Source of the DNA: Thermoproteota archaeon
GTDB lineage: Archaea > Korarchaeota > Korarchaeia > Korarchaeales > Korarchaeaceae
Assembly: GCA_027491435.1 (NCBI GenBank)
Contig: JAOZFG010000017.1
Location: forward strand, 12,487-76,486
Length of the DNA stretch: 64,000 nucleotides
Direction: 5' to 3'
How positions within the stretch are numbered: position 1 is the first letter of the stretch; the number at the start of each line of letters is the position of its first letter. Below are positions 27,385-36,380 of the stretch, in pieces. A model generated the notes under the pieces. That model searched no databases, was not told the DNA's origin, and was given only the letters and a program-made list of their open reading frames with translations. A program made the translations under genes and the position numbers.

Positions 27385-28724
27385 GCCTAATATTCACGCC
27401 CTTGGGAATTAGAGGGGTCTTCGGTGAAAGCCTAACCGTCGGTGACGTGTTGAAGCTATCTAACATATTCGGAGACCATTTAGGCGAGGGATCTACCGTA
27501 GTGGTGGGCAGGGATACCAGGGACAGCGGACCGGCTGTAGAGAAGGCCGTCGTATCGGGACTGCTATCCGCTGGAGTTCACGTGATAAACTTGGGAGTGG
27601 CTCCCACCCCCATGATAGAGTGGGCGGTGGACAGGTTAGAGGCTGATGGAGGTGTGATAATATCGGCAAGCCATAACCCGCCTGAGTGGAACGCTTTGAA
27701 ACTGGTAGGGGAGAGAGGGGTCCTGCTCCACCCAGATGAGATGGAGGCCCTCAAGGAGAAGTTCTCTAAGGGGGAGCCCAAGACCGTACCTTGGAACAAG
27801 GTCGGATCGTACAGGGAAGTCAACCTAGTAGACGAGTACATAAGTGAGATAGAGTCTTTAGTAGACGGAGATCGGATAAGAGATGCTGGCTTTAAGGTAG
27901 TGTTGGACCTTAACGGAGGGGCTGGGGCTATAGTTACCCCCTACCTGCTTCATAGGCTAGGTGTGAAGGTGATATCTCTCAACTCCGCCCCGGGAATATT
28001 TGTGAGGGAGATGGAACCCAGGCCAGACACTCTGGGCGACTTGGCCTCCACTGTAAAGGCCGTTAGGGCGGATGTAGGCTTTGCCCACGATACTGACGCT
28101 GATAGGTTAACCCTAGTAACCGAGTGGGGGGAGATCCTGACTGAAGACATAACTCTGGCTTTGGTTGTGGACTACCTACTTCAGAAGGAGGGGGGTGGCT
28201 CCTTGGTAGTAAACGTGGCCTCATCTAAGATGTTTGACGACATCGCATCTAGCAGAGGCGCCACTGTTTACAGAACCCCCGTGGGAGAAGCCTACGTAGC
28301 TCATAAGATGTTAGAGGTGAATGCCACCGTAGGGGGGGAAGGAAGCTGTGGCGGCGTGATCTACCCCAAGTTCCATGTAGGGAGGGATGGGCCTTTAGCT
28401 GCAGCCATAATACTGGAAAGGATGTCCGTTGAGGGAAAAACGCTTTCACAGCTGGTGGATGAGCTCCCCAAATACTACATGAGAAGGGAGAGCATTCCAG
28501 CGAGGGTTAACTGGGACGAAGTTAGTGAGAGGCTCATCAAGTTCGCTGAGAGTAGAGGTATGAAGGTAAGCACGCTGGACGGGGTCAGAATGGATACAGA
28601 TGACCTTTGGGCCTTGATAAGGCCATCTAAGACGGAATTTAAGGTAAGGTTCGTCGTGGAAGGCAGGGATAAGGGTGAAGTGGACGGCCTGTTAGATGAG
28701 CTGATGAAGCTCGTCATGTCCTAG
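27381..28724 (+). CDS. Phosphohexomutase (phosphoglucosamine mutase / phosphomannomutase family)
   Basis: Active-site ISASHNPPEWN, metal loop FAHDTDADR, sugar loop GGEGSCG. ATGA overlap with the upstream gene. Confidence 0.85.
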   Translation: MSLIFTPLGIRGVFGESLTVGDVLKLSNIFGDHLGEGSTVVVGRDTRDSGPAVEKAVVSGLLSAGVHVINLGVAPTPMIEWAVDRLEADGGVIISASHNPPEWNALKLVGERGVLLHPDEMEALKEKFSKGEPKTVPWNKVGSYREVNLVDEYISEIESLVDGDRIRDAGFKVVLDLNGGAGAIVTPYLLHRLGVKVISLNSAPGIFVREMEPRPDTLGDLASTVKAVRADVGFAHDTDADRLTLVTEWGEILTEDITLALVVDYLLQKEGGGSLVVNVASSKMFDDIASSRGATVYRTPVGEAYVAHKMLEVNATVGGEGSCGGVIYPKFHVGRDGPLAAAIILERMSVEGKTLSQLVDELPKYYMRRESIPARVNWDEVSERLIKFAESRGMKVSTLDGVRMDTDDLWALIRPSKTEFKVRFVVEGRDKGEVDGLLDELMKLVMS

Positions 28725-29310
28725 CTTCTCCTTTCTCCCCAGAAAATTTCAGTCTACCCTCCACTTTATCTATAAACCTCTTCCAGGCTGACCCTAGACT
28801 ACTTAAAGCTATGATCATGAAGGAGAAGGTGGTAAAGGGGCCGTCTGGGGGGCCTATCATCAGCCCGGCGATCAAACCTAGGATGGGGATCCCAACCCCC
28901 GATATGAGGGAAGCCTTCTTGTACAAGGCGGCCTCACTCCCTTGTGAGAAGAGGAGGTGTCTGACATATCTATCAGAGGCGAAGAATAAGATGAGGGCGG
29001 CTATCATCAGCATAATGCTTACCAGGGATCCGGTCACTCTGTCGGTCAGTCTAAACCTCTCTACGGCAAAAGAGACTATAACCAAAGTAAACGCACTGAA
29101 AGAAGCTATCCAAGCTGTAAACTCCCTTAGTTTAGTGATCTCTTCTCCTCTCACGGTCACTGAGTACCCTTCATGGGTCGACACGTTTAGTTTAAAAATA
29201 CATTCAAGGTCTTGGAAGTAGGGAGTGTACCCCAGTGAGGTGATGCAAGTGGCCGAGAAGGAACACATCAACCTAGTATTCGTGGGCCATGTAGACCACG
29301 GTAAGTCCAC
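28714..29310 (-). CDS. Hypothetical small membrane protein; start uncertain
   Basis: Four hydrophobic segments. The first ~25 codons of the track ORF overlap the EF-1alpha start region, so the real start is probably internal. Confidence 0.4.
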   Translation of the reverse strand: MDLPWSTWPTNTRLMCSFSATCITSLGYTPYFQDLECIFKLNVSTHEGYSVTVRGEEITKLREFTAWIASFSAFTLVIVSFAVERFRLTDRVTGSLVSIMLMIAALILFFASDRYVRHLLFSQGSEAALYKKASLISGVGIPILGLIAGLMIGPPDGPFTTFSFMIIALSSLGSAWKRFIDKVEGRLKFSGEKGEART

Positions 29311-30514
29311 CCTGATAGGGAGGATGTTCTACGACCTCAAGCTGGTAGAGGACCTTCCTCCCGAGGAACAGGCTGCTGACGCCCAGTTCGCTTGGCTGGT
29401 CGACAGGCTTAAGGAGGAGCGAGAGAGAGGTATGACCATAGACCTCTTCCACACCAAGATAGAGACCCCTCATAAGATGATCACCATAATCGACGCACCA
29501 GGTCACAGGGACTTCGTTAAGAACATGATCACCGGGGCCAGCCAGGCCGATGCCGCTGTCCTGGTGGTTTCAGCTAAGTCCGGAGAGGGAGTCCAAGCTC
29601 AGACAATAGAACACGTCTTCCTGATAAAGACTTTGGGAGTTAACCAGCTGGTCGTGGCTATATCCAAGATGGACGATCCAACCGTTAATTACAGCCAGGA
29701 GAGGTTTGAGGAGGTAAAGGCTCAAGTAGCAGAGTTGCTCAGAAAGGTAGGGTATAACCCGGACAAGATACCTTTCATACCCGTGAGCGGTCTCAAGGGA
29801 GACAACGTGGTTAACAAGAGTGAGAACATGCCTTGGTACAAGGGTCCAACTCTCTACGAGGTGCTTGACACGTTTAAGGCTCCGCCCAAGCCTATTGACA
29901 AGCCTTTCAGGCTTCCGATACAGGACGTGTTCTCAATAACCGGAGTCGGAACCGTAGTCGTCGGGAGGGTGGAGACTGGAGTTCTGAGGCCCGGAGACAA
30001 GGTTATAATAGAGCCTTTGGGCAAGACCGCCGAGGTTAAGAGCATAGAGATGCACCACGAGAGACTTGACAAGGCAGAGCCCGGCGACAACGTCGGAGTC
30101 AACATAAAGGGAATCGACAGGAAGGAGATAAAGAGAGGGGACGTCATGGGTCACGTGGATAACCCGCCCACTGTGGCTAAGGAGTTCACCGCCCAGATAG
30201 TGGTGCTTCAGCACCCGACCGCCATAGCTCCTGGTTATACCCCTGTTATACACGCCCATACCGGCCACATGGCTTGTAAGATGGTGTCAATAGAGAAGAA
30301 GCTAGATCCCAGGACTGGTCAGGTGATAGAGGAGAACCCGAGCTTCATTAGGAAGGGAGAAGCTGCTATCGTGAAATTCCAGCCACTCAAGCCCTTCGTC
30401 ATAGAGAAGTATAGCGAGTTCCCGCCTCTAGGAAGGTTTGCCGTCAGGGACATGGGAATAACGGTCGCCGCAGGCATAGTGCTGGATGTCGTGCCGCTGG
30501 AGAGGAAGAAATAA
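29243..30514 (+). CDS. tuf: Translation elongation factor 1-alpha
   Basis: [17 protein letters not shown] and SKMD G-motifs. ATG at 29243 gives [23 protein letters not shown]. Confidence 0.95.
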   Translation: MQVAEKEHINLVFVGHVDHGKSTLIGRMFYDLKLVEDLPPEEQAADAQFAWLVDRLKEERERGMTIDLFHTKIETPHKMITIIDAPGHRDFVKNMITGASQADAAVLVVSAKSGEGVQAQTIEHVFLIKTLGVNQLVVAISKMDDPTVNYSQERFEEVKAQVAELLRKVGYNPDKIPFIPVSGLKGDNVVNKSENMPWYKGPTLYEVLDTFKAPPKPIDKPFRLPIQDVFSITGVGTVVVGRVETGVLRPGDKVIIEPLGKTAEVKSIEMHHERLDKAEPGDNVGVNIKGIDRKEIKRGDVMGHVDNPPTVAKEFTAQIVVLQHPTAIAPGYTPVIHAHTGHMACKMVSIEKKLDPRTGQVIEENPSFIRKGEAAIVKFQPLKPFVIEKYSEFPPLGRFAVRDMGITVAAGIVLDVVPLERKK

Positions 30515-30548
30515 AAACCCTCTCCCTTTATTTATGGAGTGATTGAAA

Positions 30549-30860
30549 ATGGGGGAGACTCTAAGGATAGAGATGGTCAGCACCAACCCAAGGAGCCTGG
30601 ACGAGGTATCTCGGAAGTTCAAGGAGATAGCTGTCCAGATGGGAATAAGGATAAAGGGGCCCATACCTCTACCCACCAAGAGACTCAGGGTTACAACTCT
30701 GAGGAACCCCTCTGGAGAGGGCACCAACAGATACGACAAGTTCGAGCTCAGAATCCATAAAAGGATAATAGATATACCTAATCCCGATGAAAGGTTCATA
30801 AGAAGTATAATGGGCCTCCCCATACCAGATGATGTTAAGATAAGCGTCGTTATGCTGTAA
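30549..30860 (+). CDS. rps10: 30S ribosomal protein S10 (uS10)
   Basis: Pattern IKGPIPLPTKRL.VTT.R.P.GEG...YD.FE.R.HKR.ID. Canonical position after EF-1alpha. Confidence 0.9.
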   Translation: MGETLRIEMVSTNPRSLDEVSRKFKEIAVQMGIRIKGPIPLPTKRLRVTTLRNPSGEGTNRYDKFELRIHKRIIDIPNPDERFIRSIMGLPIPDDVKISVVML

Positions 30861-30872
30861 TATGCGCAATAC

Positions 30873-30891
30873 TTTTTCTAAACCTGTTTTT
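30873..30891 (+). terminator. Oligo-T tracts after S10 (archaeal intrinsic-terminator type)
   Basis: TTTTT at 30873-30877 and 30887-30891, between the convergent S10 and tRNA-Ser genes. Confidence 0.4.
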
Positions 30892-30914
30892 AAGGAGTAG
30901 CTATTCTTGTTAAG

Positions 30915-31001
30915 CGCCGGGGGAGGGATTCGAACCCTCGCGGCCCGGAGGGCCACCCGCTCTCAAGGCGGGCACCTTGGTCCTGGCTCGGCCACCCCGG
31001 C
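30915..31001 (-). tRNA. tRNA-Ser (anticodon UGA), class II with a long variable arm; CCA not encoded
   Basis: Hand-folded: acceptor GCCGGGG/CCCCGGC, anticodon stem CCCGC/GCGGG, loop CUUGAGA, T arm GAGGG-TTCGAAT-CCCTC. Confidence 0.9.
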
Positions 31002-31026
31002 TACAAGTATGATAGAAGGAGAGGGG

Positions 31027-31035
31027 TATAAAAAA
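31027..31035 (-). promoter_or_regulatory. TATA-like box for tRNA-Ser; the same T-tract can act as the S19 operon terminator
   Basis: Minus strand reads GTTTTTTATACC. It lies directly after the S19 stop and is centred about 26-30 nt upstream of the tRNA-Ser 5' end. Confidence 0.5.
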
Positions 31036-31036
31036 C

Positions 31037-31435
31037 TCACTTGAGGGGGACGAACTTGCTCGACCTGGTGGCTCCCTTCCCTGGCTTTCCATGCCTCACT
31101 ATCCTGTTGGTCATGGCGAACTCCCCAAGGTAATGGCCTATCATCTCTGGGACTATCTCCACTTCAACGAATTCCTTTCCGTTATGTACTGCTATCTTCA
31201 TGCCCACCATCTCCGGCAGGACGGGCATGTCCCTCCTGTGTGTTCTTATCACTTTGTTTATCCCCTTCCTCTTGTATTTTCTTATTTTGTCCAATAACTT
31301 CTTGTTCTCGGGTGAAAGCCCCCTCTTTAACGTCCTCCTCATTCTAGCTGGCATTATCTCAGCTAGATCATCTAAGGACATCTCCATCAGCTGTTCAAGG
31401 GTATAACCCTTGTAAGTGAAGGCCTTGGACGACAT
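31037..31435 (-). CDS. rps19: 30S ribosomal protein S19 (uS19)
   Basis: Segment [23 protein letters not shown]. Confidence 0.95.
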   Translation of the reverse strand: MSSKAFTYKGYTLEQLMEMSLDDLAEIMPARMRRTLKRGLSPENKKLLDKIRKYKRKGINKVIRTHRRDMPVLPEMVGMKIAVHNGKEFVEVEIVPEMIGHYLGEFAMTNRIVRHGKPGKGATRSSKFVPLK

Positions 31436-31466
31436 GTTCCTCTCACCTCACATAGGGCGTGGGGGT

Positions 31467-32201
31467 TTATAAGCCTGCCCTTCTCTTGGCCCTGCCCGTC
31501 TTTCTGGCAGCAATGTGTCCCACCTTCTGTCCTGGAGGAGCTGTCCTAGCCACAGTTGTCGGTTTACCAGGCCTCTTGTGCGATCCCCCGCCATGCGGAT
31601 GGCTCACTGGATTCATAGCAACGCCTCTGACCACCGGCCACCTCTTCGGGTGCGTTCTTTCGTGGTGATACTTGTTTCCTGCCTTTAAGAAAGGCTTCTC
31701 CGTCCTGCCTCCTCCGGCTACAACACCTATGGTGGCCCTGCAGTCGCCAGTCACCACCTTTTCCTTTCTAGAAGGTAACCTCAATATCACCTTATCTCCG
31801 TCGTGAGAGAACACCAGCACATAAGTCCCGCTCCTCCTCGCTATCTTGCCGCCGTCACCCTTCCTTATCTCGACGTTGCACACCAATGTTCCATCGGGTA
31901 TTTTTGACAGGGGTAGTACATTTCCTGTCTTGAGCTCGGCGTCTGGCCCTATCTGAATCTCCTGACCTACATAGACACCCTCAGGGGGTATGTAGTACAT
32001 GACCTCCCCATTCTCCAGGACTACTTTAGCTAGGGGGGTGTGCCTCCCCGGCTCATGTATGAACTCCTTGATGATTCCCTTGATCGTGGAATTTATCCCT
32101 AGTTCAGCAGGGTATTTGGCTGGAGCGACCTTAAGGTGGGCCCTTGACCTAAACTGTATGCCGCCCCTTCCCTTCCTCTGAACGAGGATCCGCTTCCCCA
32201 T
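31467..32201 (-). CDS. rpl2: 50S ribosomal protein L2 (uL2)
   Basis: MGKRILVQRKGRGG start and VAMNPV.HPHGGG motif. Confidence 0.95.
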   Translation of the reverse strand: MGKRILVQRKGRGGIQFRSRAHLKVAPAKYPAELGINSTIKGIIKEFIHEPGRHTPLAKVVLENGEVMYYIPPEGVYVGQEIQIGPDAELKTGNVLPLSKIPDGTLVCNVEIRKGDGGKIARRSGTYVLVFSHDGDKVILRLPSRKEKVVTGDCRATIGVVAGGGRTEKPFLKAGNKYHHERTHPKRWPVVRGVAMNPVSHPHGGGSHKRPGKPTTVARTAPPGQKVGHIAARKTGRAKRRAGL

Positions 32202-32210
32202 TCAATCACC

Positions 32211-32486
32211 CTACACGAGTATGCCCAGTTTAGGAGCCACGTCTGAGGCTTTATACTTTGGTTTGAGCTTAACGTAAGCCTTCTTCCTTCCATCGGGAGT
32301 TATTAGAGTCCAGACCTTATCTACCTTGACCTCCAGTATCTCCTCCACCGCCCTCTTTATTTCCTGCTTGTTAGCCCTTAGGTTAACGTAGAAGGTCAAT
32401 TTATTCTCCTCATTTATCAATCTAACGGCCTTCTCGGTTGACACAGGACTTATTATAACATCATAAGGGTCAAACTTCTTATACAA
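32211..32486 (-). CDS. rpl23: 50S ribosomal protein L23 (uL23)
   Basis: Position between L4 and L2. Pattern P..TEKA......N.L.F.V...A.K..IK.AVE. Confidence 0.9.
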   Translation of the reverse strand: MYKKFDPYDVIISPVSTEKAVRLINEENKLTFYVNLRANKQEIKRAVEEILEVKVDKVWTLITPDGRKKAYVKLKPKYKASDVAPKLGILV

Positions 32487-33270
32487 GCTTAACCACCTCC
32501 ATAAGCTTGGAAAGGGCCTCGTTAGACCAGACGGTAAGCCTGCCGGGTACTCCTCCGGGAGCCAAGTGCATTACGCTTAGGTTTCTTAGGCTTACTACGT
32601 CGACGCCCGGGATGTTCCTGGCCGCTCTAGCTATGGGGGCTCCCTCATTCATGTAGACTATCAGGGGGCCCTTGGCCCTCTGCCTTACTCTTCCCCTCAT
32701 CTTGCCCCTACCAGCTCTTATCTTCCTGAACCTATACTTAGTTCTCTCCAGTTCATCCTGAAGGCCCAGCGAGATTAGTAGGGAGTAAACTTCCTTAGTC
32801 TTCCTCAAACTCTCTAAATCGTCAATTACAACCAGGGGGAATTGATCTATTCCATCGACCCTGTGCCTAGCCCTCACCAATTCAGGCACTGAGGTGGCGG
32901 CTATAGCTGAAAGGAGAGCCAACCTCCTCTCCTTCCTGTTTACCCTCTCCCATATTGATCTGGGAGACCTTGGGGCCATTACCCTAACTCCCCCAACGGC
33001 CATGGCTGCCCTGGCGGCATTCCCGGCCTTCGGATACCCCCTTCCCTTAACTCTAGGGACTCTTGCCACTCCATGGCCAGCCCCCCAGGATTCGGCCGAG
33101 GTCCTCAGGCCAGCTAGGGGATCCCTATACTTTTGCTGAATTCTAGCGGTCAACTGGGATAAGTATACCCTTCTGATCACGTCGGGCCGTACTACGTAAT
33201 CGAACACCTCTGGCAGGGTAACCTTACCTACTTCGTTACCGCTGAGATCGTAAAGCGGCACCTCTCTCAT
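32479..33270 (-). CDS. rpl4: 50S ribosomal protein L4 (uL4)
   Basis: Position between L3 and L23. AESWG.G.GVARVPR motif. ATG 33270 (MREVPLYD) is preferred over the GTG at 33288. Confidence 0.9.
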   Translation of the reverse strand: MREVPLYDLSGNEVGKVTLPEVFDYVVRPDVIRRVYLSQLTARIQQKYRDPLAGLRTSAESWGAGHGVARVPRVKGRGYPKAGNAARAAMAVGGVRVMAPRSPRSIWERVNRKERRLALLSAIAATSVPELVRARHRVDGIDQFPLVVIDDLESLRKTKEVYSLLISLGLQDELERTKYRFRKIRAGRGKMRGRVRQRAKGPLIVYMNEGAPIARAARNIPGVDVVSLRNLSVMHLAPGGVPGRLTVWSNEALSKLMEVVKLV

Positions 33271-33284
33271 TTTGATCAACCCCT

Positions 33285-34310
33285 TCACTTCTTCAGCCAG
33301 CCCACCGAGCTTATATAGGTTATCTCCGGAGCTGGCAGTTCATCGTAAGTGGGCCTTATCGGATCCCTCATCATGACGAACCTCTTGGCCGGCCCTGGAA
33401 TTGAGCCGGAGAGCAACACGTAGTGCGTTCTAAGCACGCCGTAGTTCTTGAAACCTCCCTTGGGAGTTACGTCAATCGAGTCCTCCTTTGTGGGGTCTGC
33501 TATAAGCAATATCCTCTTGTTATACTCCGTCCTCTTGTGGTATCCAGTCTGCCCGGCCCTAGGAACCCTCCAAGTAACGTAGGGCGGATGCCTGGAGCCT
33601 AAGCTGCCGACCCTCCACCTGCCCTTCCCGGCTTTGTGTCTCAGCAGTTCCACGCCAAACCTCCTGACAACTCCCTGCCATCCGTGTCCCTTGGTAACCG
33701 CTGTCACGTCAACTAACTGACCTGTCTTAAACACGTCGAAGATGCTGACCTGTTTTCCTACGAGGGACTTGACATATGCAAACCTCTCGGCCATATCAGC
33801 TCCTTTTACAGGTATTTCAAGGAATTCGGGCTTTTTCTTATGGATTCCTGCCAGATCTGGCCGTGTATAGGCTAAAATTCTAATCTCCTCCACTTCAGAC
33901 AAGTTGTCCTCTATCTTGGGAAGGGCCTTATCTAAGTTGTCTATGCTGTTCTTTTTACCCATGGTCAGCCTTATCCTAGGAATTACTTTATTTTTCTCTT
34001 CTTTAACTATTCTGAGGGCGGTGGTTATAGGTTTAAGTCCATAAGGCGTCCCTCTATAAGCCCTAACGCCCACTACATTTATTGGAGGTGATTCAACCAC
34101 CGTCGAAGCTAGAGTTATGTACTGCCCCTGAAGCAGCTTGCCCGGCCTGTCCTCCTTCATGTAAACGTGAACCATACCTACCTTGTAACCTGGGAAGGCC
34201 ACTAGCTTGGGATTTTCTATCTCCAGTTCAGGGTAGGACCTGAAGGTTGCCTTCTGGGTCCTAGCTCTTTTCCTAGGCCTGAACTGAAGAGAACCGTGTC
34301 TCCTAGGCAT
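33285..34310 (-). CDS. rpl3: 50S ribosomal protein L3 (uL3)
   Basis: PR.GSL.F.PRKRA start and TKG.G.QGV..R.G motif. Confidence 0.95.
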   Translation of the reverse strand: MPRRHGSLQFRPRKRARTQKATFRSYPELEIENPKLVAFPGYKVGMVHVYMKEDRPGKLLQGQYITLASTVVESPPINVVGVRAYRGTPYGLKPITTALRIVKEEKNKVIPRIRLTMGKKNSIDNLDKALPKIEDNLSEVEEIRILAYTRPDLAGIHKKKPEFLEIPVKGADMAERFAYVKSLVGKQVSIFDVFKTGQLVDVTAVTKGHGWQGVVRRFGVELLRHKAGKGRWRVGSLGSRHPPYVTWRVPRAGQTGYHKRTEYNKRILLIADPTKEDSIDVTPKGGFKNYGVLRTHYVLLSGSIPGPAKRFVMMRDPIRPTYDELPAPEITYISSVGWLKK

Positions 34311-34393
34311 TTCACTTACACCCTGTCAATCCATACCAAGGTTTGATTTAGGTATATTAAATTTGACGGTCCTCGGGCCGGGCTTGAAATCAC

Positions 34394-35053
34394 TCACTTA
34401 AGCACCTTGCCCGTCTCCATGTACCAGAGGTAGAGATCTAGCTCCCCTAAGGGGACGCCTACCTCCTCAGCCACCTTCTTTAGGATGCCCTCTAACTCTA
34501 GGTACCTTCGTTTGGTTAGGGTCTTTGGCTTCTTTATTATCCCATACCTTTCGAGTAAGTCAAGTATGTGGTAATCGATTATGGCCACGTTCTCAAACCC
34601 CACGTTTCTAAGAAAGTGGCTCGCCTCTTTGTAGCCTAGGCCCTTAACGTTCTTAGCCAACCAATCCCTCAGGTTATTCACGTCTTTATAGGAGCTCAGT
34701 ATTCTCTTAAGGTTGCCGAGCAATCTCCTAGCTTCGACTATATACTGAGCTCTAGCCTTAGGGTACCTGTGACCCATCTCCCTGAGCTTCTCCTCCAATT
34801 CCTCTTGGTTTAAGTATATAAATCCATTTCCCAATTTCTCTTGAATTCTTATTCCTCCCATGGCACTATAGTTAGCGGTTAATAGACAGAAGCAGAGTTC
34901 TTGAAATATTCTCTCCTCAGTACTCTGGCCGATCCTCTTGAACTCCCTCATCCTCTCCTTAACGGCCCTCTTTACCTTCTCATCGTTCATTACCCTCCTA
35001 AGGTCCTCTATTAACTTACTCAGGTTGTTTAGGTTGACCTCCATGGGCATCAC
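34394..35053 (-). CDS. ogg: N-glycosylase/DNA lyase (archaeal Ogg2-type 8-oxoguanine DNA glycosylase, HhH-GPD)
   Basis: HhH segment VKGLGYKEASHFLRNVGFENVAIIDYHI. About 210 aa. Confidence 0.75.
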   Translation of the reverse strand: MMPMEVNLNNLSKLIEDLRRVMNDEKVKRAVKERMREFKRIGQSTEERIFQELCFCLLTANYSAMGGIRIQEKLGNGFIYLNQEELEEKLREMGHRYPKARAQYIVEARRLLGNLKRILSSYKDVNNLRDWLAKNVKGLGYKEASHFLRNVGFENVAIIDYHILDLLERYGIIKKPKTLTKRRYLELEGILKKVAEEVGVPLGELDLYLWYMETGKVLK

Positions 35054-35464
35054 TTAAAGATCCACTATAACTGTTGCCCTCCAGAGGCCATCCTCTTTCT
35101 TAACTGAGAACCTGTGATAGGTTATCGCCTTGATCTCGGTCTTGGGATCGTGTTTCTCCGGATTTATTTCCTCACCCTTGCACACGGCTTCGAGCCTGTT
35201 ATCCTCTATCTTAACGTCAAACTGAGAGAATACTAGGCCCTCAACGTCTGTTATAAACAGGAGTTCTGAAAGCCATGAGTGCAATAACATGCTCAGGTCA
35301 GGGGCCTCTAGCCTTATCTCCCTGGAAACGATCGGCTCTACCTTACTCACGTCCACCATTATGTGGTAAAGGGCTAGCGCAGCTTCTTTGAACAACCCTT
35401 CGAGCGTCTCAGACCAGACCTCGAAGCCTATGTCTGCCTCAACTTCGATGAGCCTCCTGCCCAT
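35054..35464 (-). CDS. Archease (RtcB tRNA-ligase cofactor family)
   Basis: Segments E.EADIGFEVW..TLE.LF.EAA.A....MVD and KAITYH...V. About 136 aa. Confidence 0.85.
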   Translation of the reverse strand: MGRRLIEVEADIGFEVWSETLEGLFKEAALALYHIMVDVSKVEPIVSREIRLEAPDLSMLLHSWLSELLFITDVEGLVFSQFDVKIEDNRLEAVCKGEEINPEKHDPKTEIKAITYHRFSVKKEDGLWRATVIVDL

Positions 35465-36328
35465 TCAGCCACCCTTAACAATAACGTACGCGCGATCATT
35501 AATCCTTATAGTCTTCTCCTTGAACTTAGCAGGCCTTTTATCGAATATGTCGTATCCTCTCTTTGCCCTAACCACGTTAAGGAGGTTTCCTACTGGGGAT
35601 GAATCAACCTCGTCCAGGTTTATCTCCTGAGACAGTAAGATTACCCTGTAATTCTTGAAGTACACGCTGAATTTAGTGCCGTTGATGGCTACCTTAGAGG
35701 AGCTTCCATCTTCTACCTTGACACCGTTTATGACTAAGGAGCCTTCCTTAACGGACATGTTAACTCCCTTCAGCAGAACGGCTATCGCGTTATCATCTTT
35801 AACGTCGTATACGCTGGAATTCGCTTGTATGGATAGAGAGCCCCCTTTAATCAACAAAAATACGTCCCTCATTAGGTATTTCCCTTCATCAACTCCACAT
35901 AACCCTAAATAGGCCGCCTCTACCTTGGAGTTAGAGAGGGTCAGGTTAACGCAGTTGTACCCGCTAAGCCCGGTTAGATTGGGAGGGGCTAACGTCCCGT
36001 TCCTGAACTCTAGATTATAGATTCCTGAGTTATTATGGGCCTTGACAAAAAGGATTGTAGGTCCTCCCCCCAACAGATTCAGTGAAATTATCCAGAACAT
36101 TAACAGGGCTAAGAAAGATGAGCCGGCTCCCTCCCTGTAGATCTTCGTCAGCCCCATGTCCCCTAGCTTCGATCCCCAAGCCTTCAAACTCATTGGAACG
36201 GACAAAAAGAACGCTAACACGTAAAGGCTGAGTCCCTCAGCTGGACTTAGATTAAGAATTCCGCTTACCATGCCCACAATAATCGCTAAGGCTATTTTTA
36301 GTGAGAACACCTTATTCTTCGGGTCCAT
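35465..36328 (-). CDS. Hypothetical membrane protein with a sequon-rich extracytoplasmic domain
   Basis: Three N-terminal hydrophobic segments, then a beta-rich domain with at least 8 N-x-S/T sites. Stop abuts the archease start. Confidence 0.5.
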   Translation of the reverse strand: MDPKNKVFSLKIALAIIVGMVSGILNLSPAEGLSLYVLAFFLSVPMSLKAWGSKLGDMGLTKIYREGAGSSFLALLMFWIISLNLLGGGPTILFVKAHNNSGIYNLEFRNGTLAPPNLTGLSGYNCVNLTLSNSKVEAAYLGLCGVDEGKYLMRDVFLLIKGGSLSIQANSSVYDVKDDNAIAVLLKGVNMSVKEGSLVINGVKVEDGSSSKVAINGTKFSVYFKNYRVILLSQEINLDEVDSSPVGNLLNVVRAKRGYDIFDKRPAKFKEKTIRINDRAYVIVKGG

Positions 36329-36346
36329 CGGGTTGAATGATAGCTT

Positions 36347-36359
36347 CTATTTAAAAAGG
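36347..36359 (+). promoter_or_regulatory. TATA-like box for the NFACT gene (predicts a leaderless mRNA)
   Basis: CTATTTAAAAAGG, centred about 27 nt upstream of ATG 36381. Confidence 0.45.
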
Positions 36360-36380
36360 GGACCCTCTTTTACCGGGACC

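Noticed and set aside
36270-36380. The longer NFACT start at 36270, which overlaps the divergent membrane-protein gene.
   Set aside because: The extra 37 aa are antisense to the neighbour's N-terminus. A TATA-like box at 36347-36359 fits a leaderless start at 36381.
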